DNA of 64,000 bases from Zygnema circumcarinatum SAG 698-1b (taxonomy: Eukaryota > Plantae > Zygnematophyceae). The stretch spans positions 1,488,001-1,552,000 of the forward strand of contig CM074823.1 of the NCBI GenBank assembly GCA_037447605.1. Direction: 5' to 3'. The translations under genes and the position numbers were made by a program. Below, piece after piece: positions 16,001 to 25,700 of this stretch (its first letter is position 1; the number at the start of each line of letters is the position of its first letter). Under the pieces are notes generated by a model, which was not told where the DNA came from, did no database searches, and saw nothing but the letters and a program-made list of their open reading frames with translations.

Positions 16001-16964
16001 CGCTTGTACGGATATATTCGTATTCGTCACGGACCGCTCGATCCAGAATCGCCGGACACGGAATCGGGCGACGCTGGGCGCCATTTGCTGGCGCCCACGA
16101 CAAAGATACCATCCAGCTAGGCGCGACGCCCTAAGCGCTAAAGATGCCGCCATTGCCAACCGCTGACCTATCCGCTCCACGAGTCGGGCCAGCTCTCGCA
16201 AGGCGCTTGGCCAATCAAATGAGGCCGCCAATGCTAAGGCTCAAGATCTATTGTCGGCAGCAAGATGGGATGTCGCTGATGCTTTTTTTGTCTTTTAGTG
16301 CCGGGCTTAGTATTTGTATTTGCCGTGGTTTTGTTGTCTTGTTCTTTCTTTTCTTCTTTTCCTTCCTCTTCGCCATGCCAGCCTTACAAGTAAAGAGAGA
16401 GAGAGAGAGAGAGTTCCATGCCAAGGTGATGCCGAGAGAGAAAGAGTCTTCTTGCCGACAAGATTTAGACGTCCCATTCACAGCCCAGCTAGACACAAAG
16501 ATTTCGAGAAGACAATTTCATCAGACATTCCTCAGCCCAACCGGGCCGGGTGAGTTTCCCAAAATACCACTTTATCTGCTGTGTCCCCGCTTTCCCTCCC
16601 TCACTGGCCAGCTCATGCTGCTTCCTATCTTGCTCTATCTCGGCCTTTGCATTACTTCTCAATGACCAATGATCACTTCGGGGCCTGTAGCTAAGAGACT
16701 CAGCCGAGAGGACAAGTGAGTGAGTGGGTCCCCAAGCGAAGGGGCTCTTACATCAAGTCCAAATTACCGTGGAACGCCGCCTTCCTCGCATCCCTACGCC
16801 TTCACGCTGCATCTCCTCAATCCCCCCTGACCCCGGCCTCCTATACGCAGTGTACTCCACAAAGACCAACCCAACCCTTCATTAGTTTCAAAGACGGACG
16901 CTGCCGAGGGCTTTATGCCACCGCAGAACTAGCTCAACAGCCTTCTTCTTAACCCCACTTATCT
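12622..16964 (+). mobile_element. Degenerate Ty3/gypsy LTR retrotransposon (family A) with both LTRs
   Basis: Direct repeats at ~12622-13620 and ~15958-16964 both start TGTAGCGT and share blocks such as GCTAAGGCTCAAGATCTATTGTC and GGGCTTAGTATTTGTATTTGC. A degenerate PBS lies at ~13621. The internal region carries gypsy RNase H and integrase remnants. No TSD found. There is an N gap at 13733-13832. Confidence 0.8.
14007..15200 (+). pseudogene. Gypsy pol remnant (RNase H end plus integrase core), frameshifted
   Basis: EEYNVLKVTHRPGRSHGNADGLSR is the RNase H end. In shifted frames: DNGTNTRG, FAKLMQDFRIIHHTSSPYSPW*NGLAERTIQTVK (integrase core with an in-frame stop). Confidence 0.8.
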
Positions 16965-17058
16965 AATGTTCTCCTGAAATTCGCCCATTCGCCGAAATCA
17001 CCTTTTTGTACCTGTGAACTCTGTGTTACCCGCATCTATTTTCAGGCCTATTTCGTAC

Positions 17059-17538
17059 TACAAAGGGGGTCTCGTATTTACCACCCCAAGTGAGTGCCCT
17101 CAATATTTTCGCCCCAATTTGCCGAACCACTTTTTGTACGTGTTAGCCGCATCGGGTCTCGTACCGTCGCATCTAATCGCATTTCATCTGCACTAAAGCC
17201 GCTACGGCTACGCAAAACGCATTCCATCACCCCCGCCACAGGCCGCCGCAGAAGAGGCGCCATGCTCTCACTTTCTTGACTTCGAGCACGACACGCATGC
17301 TGTTTCCATACGGTCAAAATGACAAGATATGCGCTAATTTACATGTCACGACACGATACGATGCTAAATGATACAATACGATATTTGGGTACGATATGTA
17401 GACGGCATTTATACGCACGTCCAACATGAACTCTAACATAATACCGCCTATTCAGAATACGAACCTTTATATGCAAATTTAATATTTTCGCCTCATTTTG
17501 CCCGGAACCAGGGTGGAAAATATGAGGACCCCCTACTG
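17059..17538 (-). mobile_element. CAGT-family MITE (TA-flanked, Tc1/mariner-like termini)
   Basis: The right end AGGGTGGAAAATATGAGGACCCCCTACTG|TA and the internal sequence with (GATAC)n match the 54746-55324 copy in reverse orientation. The left TIR is degraded. Confidence 0.7.
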
Positions 17539-17544
17539 TAACCG

Positions 17545-17863
17545 TAGTATCCGTACTTTCTGTACTAGCCGTTACGGGCTTAAGCAAAACAAACCGAATC
17601 TTCCCGCACTTGCCGCCGTAAGAGGCGCTCGCTCCTCTCCCCTTCATCTTGGCTTCGATACGACACAATACGATACGATACTACAAGATACGTTCGATGC
17701 GTAGCGATACGATACGGTATTAGACGATACGATGTGTACGAACAAACATGAACTGTAACATAATACCGCCCGCCTATTGGTAACACGAACCTTATATTTG
17801 CAAAATCAATATTTTCGCCCCTTTTTGGCCAATACCATGGCGAAAATATGAGGACCCCCACTG
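17545..17863 (-). mobile_element. Second, partial CAGT-family MITE in tandem with the previous copy
   Basis: Contains GCCGCCGTAAGAGGCGCTCGCTC and (GATAC)n, and ends GAAAATATGAGGACCCCCACTG|TA, as in the 54.7-55.3 kb copy. Confidence 0.7.
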
Positions 17864-19062
17864 TACTGTAGTCCGGCTGCTTCGCCCATACAACAGATTT
17901 TGCCGCCCAGACTCAGAATATTTTGTGTACGGTAATTCGGTAATCTGGCGGAAGCTTCGAAAGACTTGTCACCACGTGGCAGCGGACTATTGGCTGGTAT
18001 TAGATCGGGTATGTGAAAGTAGGCTCGTTATTGTGTTACTATCGAAAGTGGCCAATGGATTCGGCCGTGGCGTTCAGGGATTGGTGGAGAGATCTGAGCT
18101 GTATTTCTATTCAATAAGACGTCCTCATGACCGCTCATTGGTTCCGTACATTTTTGTTTTGCTGTTTATTTCCAGTTACCAGAGCCACTGTTCAGTTCCA
18201 GTTTGGACGCGCATAGAATGGTTTTGATATTGCGATATGACAAGATACGATATTTTAAGATACGATACTTAACTTTTTATGGGGCACGGTCAGTATTACA
18301 TAGTACGATACGATACGATACGATACGATACGAACGATATTTTTGCGTCCGCCCCCCGAGCCTAGCGCCGTAGGGCGCTGTCCCTCCACTGTAGTGGAGC
18401 GTCCTCCAATGATGACACGCCACCTGGACATCTTAAGACACGTGGCACATTGCCATTGGAAAATGCTTTGTGTAGCTCGCAACTAGCAAGGAAGTGGAGC
18501 TTCGTAGCTCCCTCCCTCTCCCACTCTACCTCGACCACTCCCTCCCTCCCCTCCTCCCTTCCTGTCATCTCTACAGGAGCCACTGTTCCGATCTACAGGC
18601 GTCTCTCTCTCTCTCTCTCCTCCCTCCCTCCCTCTCTCTTTCCTTCCTGCCATATAGAGAGTAGCCATTGTTCTGATCCACAGCCTTCCGTCCATCCGTC
18701 CTTCCCTCCGTCCCGTCCATCCCATCCACCCCCTTCTTTGACCTTAATCAGCTCTCCCTTCCCTCCCCTCCTCTTCCCGCTATCTCCCTCACTCCCTCCT
18801 TTCCATTCCTCTCTTCCCTTCTCCCTCTCCCCCCCTCCCTCTCTCTCCCCTCTCCCTCTCGCTCCCCTCCCTCCCACTCTCTCCCTCCCTTCCTCCCTCC
18901 TTCTCCATCCATCCCATGTTCTGACCTCAACCTGCCCCCCCTTCCCCTCCCCTCCGCTCCCCTCTCTCTCCCCTCTCTTCCCCTTCTCCCTCTCCCCTTC
19001 TCCCTTTTTCTCTCCCCCCCTCCCCTCCTCTCCCTTCCCTCCCTCTCTCTTCTCCCCTTCCC

Positions 19063-21154
19063 ATGGCTCGGCGGCGGCGTCTGAACCTTACGGGCCGCGC
19101 TCTGGTTCTATGTTTGATCGGCGTTCTTGCGTACGGAATGGGCCCGCCCCTCTACTGGCGGCTGGAGGACGCGTTGCGCGAAATCGTGGAGACCGTCCTG
19201 AACCCCGCCTCGGGTCAGGCCCTGAACCCTCCCCAGGCCCACGTGGCCCGCTTACATTGGTCTACACTTTAGGGTTTCTGGAGGGTGTCGGAGGGCGCAT
19301 TGAGGCGAGGCCACCCTGAGATCGGCATTTGCGGTTTTTTAGGGTTTGAAAACGGCTGAGCCGGCGTGACTTGCAGGGTCTTTTAAAAAATTTAGGGCTC
19401 AGATATTTTCTTTTTGGAAATTAGGGGTTGCTGGAACGTGGGGTCGTGGGCTGTTCGCCTTAATAAGTTTGCGTTGGAGAGAAAATATGTACCATTAAGT
19501 AAATTCATTATGCTTTTCATTACGAACTCACAAACAGCATTAGCATTCTTTCCTTGCATTCGCGAGGCTCTGATTTTAATAATAGGACCTCGATTCGATC
19601 CCCCCTTCCCCACTCTCTCGCTTTCCCCATATTCATAACTCCCCTCTCCCCCTCTCTCTGCCGCTTCTGCCACACTCTCTCTCTCTCTCCGCCCCCACTC
19701 TCTCTCACATCTCCACTCCCCCCCCCCTTGCGCATACAGAAGACGCGTATCCGGATTTGGAATCCGAATCGAGTCTAGAAACCGTGACCAAGCCGTTAAT
19801 AGAACTTAGTTCGGACCCCCCCCCGGCGAGAACGAAAACGGAGCAGGAACGGGAATTAATGGCTTCAGTATTTGACCCGGAGCTGCGAGAGCCTGACAAG
19901 GAAGAGGAGGAGGTGGCGGAAAAAGAAGGCGGAGGGGGTTCAGATTCAGATTCAGATTCCGAAATAAAAAACTCATCGGATGAAGAAATTGTGTCGGAGG
20001 GTTCAACGGAGGATCCAACGAAAGGTTCAACAGAGAGTTCAACGGAAGGTACCGCAAAGAGTTCTACGGAGAGTTTAACGAAGGGTTCAACAGAGAACAC
20101 AAACGAGGGGGCGACGGAGGATTCTACAGAGGTTACAGTTGAGAGTTTATCGGAGGGTTCAGAGGGGTCACTTGAAGAACATAGGAAGGGTTCAGGGCAG
20201 TTGGGTGGAGAGAAGTCACAGGGAGAGGAGTCAACTGAGGCTGTGGAGAATACAACGAAGGCGACAGCGAGAGAGTCAACGGAAGAATCAACGGAAGAGT
20301 CAACGAAGGAGTCAACGGAAGAGTCAACGAAGGAGGCAACGGAAGAGGCAACAGTACAATCAAAGGAAGAGTCAACAGAAGAATCAACGAAGGAGTCAAC
20401 GGGAGAATCAACGAAGGAGTCAACGGGAGAATCAACGGAAGAGTCAACGAAGGAGTCAACGGAAGAGTCAACGAAGGAGGCAACGAAAGAGGGAACAGAA
20501 CAATCAACGACAGAGTCAACGGAAGAGTCAACGAAGGAGGCAACGAAAGAGACAACAGAGCAGTCAACGGAAGAGTCAACGGAAGAGTCAACAGAAGAAT
20601 CAGCGAAGGAGTCGATCGAAGAATCAGAAAAGGAGTCAACGGAAGAGTCAACGAAGGAGGCAACGAAAGAGGGAACAGAACAATCAACGGAAGAATCAAC
20701 GACAGAGTCAACGGAAGAGTCAACGAAGGAGGCAACGAAAGAGACAACAGAGCAGTCAACGGAAGAGTCAACGGAAGAATCAGCGAAGGAGTCGATCGAA
20801 GAATCAGAAAAGGAGTCAACGGAAGAGTCAGCAGCAGAAGCAACGGAGTCAACGGCAGAATCAACGGAAGAGTCAACAAAGGAGTCAACAGAACAATCAA
20901 CGGAAGAGTCAAGTGAAGAATCAGCGGAAGAGTCAACGGTAGAGTCAACCGAGGAGTCAAAGGAAGAATCAACGGAAAGTTTAACTGACGATTCAACTGA
21001 GAATACATCAACGCAAGTGCATCCGAAGGTCAATTTAAGGGGTCAATCGAGGCTTTTGTCAACCAATCGGGAGAGGCCTCAACTCGTGGTTCAACGGAGG
21101 GTTCAATGGAAAGGGCGGCGAAAACCTGAAGGGAAGGTACAGGAAGAGAGGTGA
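19063..21154 (+). CDS. XEG113-like N-terminal duplicate: type II membrane anchor plus a long S/T/E repeat stalk, no catalytic domain
   Basis: join(19063..19213,19740..21154) with a phase-1 GT-AG intron, as in the downstream XEG113 gene. Exon 1 MARRRRLNLTGRALVLCLIGVLAYGMGPPLYWRLEDALREIVETVLNP is homologous to XEG113 exon 1 [47 protein letters not shown]. Exon 2 is open for ~470 codons. It could be a pseudogene. Confidence 0.6.
20270..21000 (+). repeat. Coding 12-bp minisatellite (STEE/STKE/ATKE) with a 180-bp higher-order duplication
   Basis: Repeated GAGTCAACGGAA / GAGTCAACGAAG units. 20461-20640 and 20641-20820 are near-identical blocks. Confidence 0.93.
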
Positions 21155-22776
21155 AAAGGGGGTCCCTGCAGACATAGGAAACCACTGGTAACTGAGACGG
21201 AACGGAAAGAACATGGAACGTTTTCATCCTAAGTAATTCGTGAACTTGGCTTAGGAGGGTTTTGGTTTAGAAACACAAATCTCAGGGGAGAATAATAATG
21301 CAATTACATTTGTGAAATTTCACTTTTGGCGCTTGTAGGACGAGAGGGTTAGGGTTTGTGGTAGTCGTAAAAAGAAGTAGAAGTAGGAACCCTAAAACCC
21401 TAAACCCTTACAAAGGGCTTGTAGGATGAGAGGATGTAGGCAGTGTACTTTTAGGACTTAGCCAGTCGACCATGTGGACCATGCTCGCAGGGAGGAGATG
21501 TGCATGGGGCCATGAGGAGAGCGTTGTGGGGATGGGTCCCATGCCATGCATGATGCGTCATGGCGTCATGGTCATCAACATGCCATGAGGGCATCGATGC
21601 CATACATATTTGCATGCAATGCATGCAGGGAAGGGAGGGCCTACGGAAATATTTGCAAAAATGTCCCTCCCAATTTGTACTCACTTTTGCGAGTTTGTTA
21701 CTGTACTTCACGCACTTGTACATGTACGGCAACCGTAATGGTACTACAGTACTTTCAATTCAGAAGATGGTTCTGTTTGTAGTTTCAGTTGCAGTTACAG
21801 TTGAACACCTCTCCACGCAAATATCTGCCCGTTACAGTTCAGTGAGTCCCGTAGCCAACCGTAAACCTAAATCAGCCAACCACCGAAAACTGTATTTTTT
21901 GACTTTACGCGAACGACAACACAGAGCTAACGATTGTCAAGGCGGCAATAACGACAAAATGTGCGTGTTACATTCTGGCGCATTTACACAAATACGACAA
22001 ACAAACATGCGGATGCGTTTTGGCGTTTTCCTGGTATATTCCGTTAAACCTAGGCTGTAAGTACAGCGAGTACACGTGTCGCCTGCTCAATGGCTGCCAC
22101 GCTTGCCGTAGTTGCAATGATGAGTTTCAACGGAGGTCGCGGCCATGCGGGCGGCGCGCCGAGTCGGGTTCCTCCACCGACAAATCTTTCAAATCTATGC
22201 GGTGAATCTCCAATGTTTTCAGTTTCACAGTTAAAAGGACGCATGAAAGGGCCCGTCCTATGGTGCGAACTGTCTTCAGTTAGCGGGCACGCTTCTGAGT
22301 GTCATAGATCCGTATTTACTGCAGTATCAATTTCATCTCCCTGCCCCACCCCTTCTCCTTCTTCCGCTCCCTTTCCTCACTTCCCATCCCTCTCTCTCTC
22401 TCCTCGAGCTCTCTCCCCCACCCTTCCTCTCCTCCCTCCTCTTTCCCTCTCCCTCTCCCTCTCTCCTCTCGCTCACTCCCCCACCCTCCCTCTCGTCCCT
22501 CCTCTTTCCCTCTCCCTCTCCCTCTCCCTTTCCCTTCCCCTTTTCTTCTCCCTCTCCCTCCCCCTCTCCCTCTACCTCTCCCTCTCCCTTTCCCTCTCCC
22601 TCTCTCTCCCTCTCCCTCTCCCTTTCCCTTTCCCTTTCCCTCTCCTTCTCCCTCTCCGACTCTCTCTCTCCCTCTCTCTCCCCCCCCCCCCCCAAAAGCC
22701 CCTGTCCCATCCNNNNNNNNNNCCCCCCCCCCCCCCCCCCCCCCCCCCAAACTAAAACTGAAACTGAAACTGCGGC

Positions 22777-25700
22777 ATGGCCCGGCGGCGGCTGACCGTC
22801 GCGGGGCGCGTGGTCCTGGTGGCGGCCCTCGCGGGGCTCGCGGTCCTCCTCGGCCCTCAGGTCTATTGGAGCCTTGAGGACGCCGCAAGGGAGGCCCTCG
22901 AGAGCGTGCTCCGCCCCGGGGCAGGTCCGTCAGGCCTAGCCATCGCGGGCCCTAGGGGCCTAGGGTTTTAGGGTTTTAGGGTTTCAGGTTTTTAGGGTTT
23001 AGGGTTATAGGGTTTTAGGGTTTTGAGGGTTTTGCGGGTTTCAGGGGTTCTAAGGTATTGAGGGTTTTGGGGTTTTTAGGGTTTTAAGGGTTGCAAATCG
23101 CGCGCATTCTGCTATGGCTGCATCACTCTTCGTTGGCCCGTCCCAAGGTCACGCTTTTAGGGTTTTCAGGGTTGGAGGGTTTTCAGGGTTTGAGGGGCTT
23201 TTAGGGTTTTTGAGGGGTGTAGGGTTGTTAGGACCTCGGGATGCCCAGATTCACCTACGGAGTTCAGGGCCCGGAATTTGGGGTTCGAACAGGGTTGAAG
23301 GATTAGGGTTCAGGGGATACTGTTTAGGGTTTAGGGTAGGGTTTGTAGGAGTTGGGATCTGAGTTCAGGCAATGCGGAAGGTCTCAGGTTCGAATCTCGG
23401 GTTTGGATCGAGGTGGGAGTCAGAGGAGGGTGAAATTGGAGCCATGGTGGAGGAGAGGTCACAGGTTCAAACCTTCGCGTGTCCACCTTGAGCAATGCGC
23501 GGGATAGGGTCAATGTAGGGTTCGATGTTCGAGCTCGAGTTGCTGCTAAGAACAATCTTGCTTGATCAATATCTTTATGTGAGCTGGGAGAACTTTCTCT
23601 CCTCTTTCTCTCTATTTGAAGTCGTTATTCTTGTGTTTGGGATTAGTTTCCCTTTCCTGTTTGCCGACTTTCTTACTCTCCGTCCGCTGATCGCTCACCA
23701 TGCTTTCACTTTTTCTCACCCATCTTCTTGTAGTCCTGTCCTTTCTCCTTTCTCTCTCTATTCCTTTCTTTCCTTTCCTCCTCTCGTTTGCCTCCTCCCT
23801 CCTCCCTCTCCCCTCCCCCCTCCCCCTCCCCCTCCCCTTCCCCCTCCCCCTCCCCCTCCCTCCCTCCCCCCTCCCACCTCCCTCCTCCCCCCTCCCCCCT
23901 CCCCCTCCCCCCTCCCCCTCCCCCTCCCCCTCCCCCTCCCCCTCCCCCTCCCCCTCCCCTCCCCCCTCCCCCTCCCCCTCCCCCCTCCCCCCTCCCCCTC
24001 CCCCCTCCACCTCCCTCCCTCCCCCTCCCCCTCCCCCTCCCCCTCCCACCTCCCCCCTCCCCCCTCCCTCTCTCGCTTCATTCCCTCTCTCTCACGCTGC
24101 GGTTACACTTCCCTTTCGTTCAATCCAGAAGGAGAGACACTAAAGGAGGATATGGAAGTGACATCAAGCATTGTTCCATTGCAGCCGCCTCCGAACCCTC
24201 CCTCCGTCATAGAGAACATAAACCCTGACCCTGGAAATGTGGAGGATATCGAAGTAACGCAGGTCAAAGAGGGAGAGGGAGAGGGAGAGGGAGAGGGAGA
24301 GCGGCCAAAAAAGCTGGAGGAGGGGCAATCTCAGTCTAACGAGCAAGGAACCGTTCAGTCGGACGATAACAGTTCAACGAATGATTCAACGGAAAAGCCA
24401 ACTGAGGGCACATGGACAGAGTCGACCGAAGGTTCAGTAGACAGTTCAACGGAGGTAGGTTCAACTGAGGAGGTTATAATGGAGGAGGGTTCAACGGAGG
24501 AGGGTTCAACGGAAGAGAGTTCAACGGAGGACGGTTCAACGAAAAGTTTGACAGAACGGATAAAGAGAGGAACCATAAGAAGGAGAGTGAAAGGTGGAGT
24601 AGTAAATGCTAACTCTCTTGCAAAGGGGGTCCGACAAATAGTACATGAAGGCCTCCCTCTCGCCGACTCTATGAAAAGGAAAATTTGGGATGCACCTCCC
24701 CCAGATACTCCCATGCCATCGCGGCGAGAGTTCGCATTAAGGCGAGAAATGATCGACTTTCGAGCAGTGAATAATACCATCGCTTTGACTTTTGCGAATT
24801 TTGCATTTATGGACTTCGTGACGAGTTGGGTGCGGCATTTGACGGATGTGGGCGTGGAAAATATTTTGGTCGGTAAGTTGCTTTTTTTCCACTCACAAGT
24901 TTGACACACTTGCTCTCTCCTCCTTCCTCTCCCTCCCTCTTGCCCCCCTCTCTCCTTACACTCGCTTTCACACACGTACCACAAACTCCCTGTCCCCCTC
25001 TCCCTTTCCCACCCCCTATAACCCCCTCCCCCTTCCCCTCACCCCCTTCCCCTCACCCCCTTCCCCCCGTCCCTCTCCCTCTCCTCATCCACCCTCCCGC
25101 TCCCCCTCAACCCCCCCCACCTCCGCCCCTCCGCCCCTCTCCGCCTACCCCTCCNNNNNNNNNNCCCCCCCCCCCCCCTCCCCCTCCTTTCCAGGCGCCA
25201 TGGACAAGTCCACCATTCAGGGGCTGTACTGGTTGGGCGTGCCCGTGTTCGACCTTGAGAGCAACATGCCCACGGACGATGTAGGGTGGGGATCGCCGGA
25301 GTTTCACAAAATGGGGAGAGAAAAAGTGACTTTAGTTAACGTGTTTTTGGCAATGGGGTACGAGGTCTTTATTTGCGATACCGATACTGCCTTTGTGAGA
25401 GTGAGCACCTGAAGCCCTTCTCTCTCTCTCTCTCTCCCACACACTCTCTCTCTTTCGCTCTCGATCATTTTTTGGTGACACCTTACTTGCTTTTCTCGAT
25501 AGCCTCCCTCTGTCTCTCCTTTGTTTCTCTTCTCTCACTTCTCTTCCGCGTTTCTCTCTTCCTCATCTCCCACGCCGTCACGACTGCGACACTCTCTTCT
25601 GCCTGTCTTCCCTCTCCTTCTACCACTATCATCCTTTTCCCGTCCCTCTCTTTCTCCCTTACCTCACACAAAATAAAAAATGTAAGGATTAATTACCACT

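Noticed and set aside
15975-16010. AFHVSRL reading that resembles the integrase C-terminal motif
   Set aside because: It falls inside the 3' LTR as defined by alignment with the other LTR copies, so it is probably coincidental.
20270-21000. Regular repeat array considered as CRISPR-like
   Set aside because: There are no unique spacers and no cas genes, the context is eukaryotic, and the array is a coding minisatellite.
19705-21033. 442-aa minus-strand ORF (DSSV repeats) and other frames over the stalk repeat
   Set aside because: These are shadow ORFs of the 12-bp repeat. The plus frame is the one linked by splicing to a TM exon homologous to XEG113.
23365-23480. tRNA T-arm/B-box-like motifs (GGTCTCAGGTTCGAATC, GGTCACAGGTTCAAACC)
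   Set aside because: I could not build a cloverleaf, acceptor stem or convincing A-box. At most it is a decayed SINE fragment; tRNAscan-SE would settle it.
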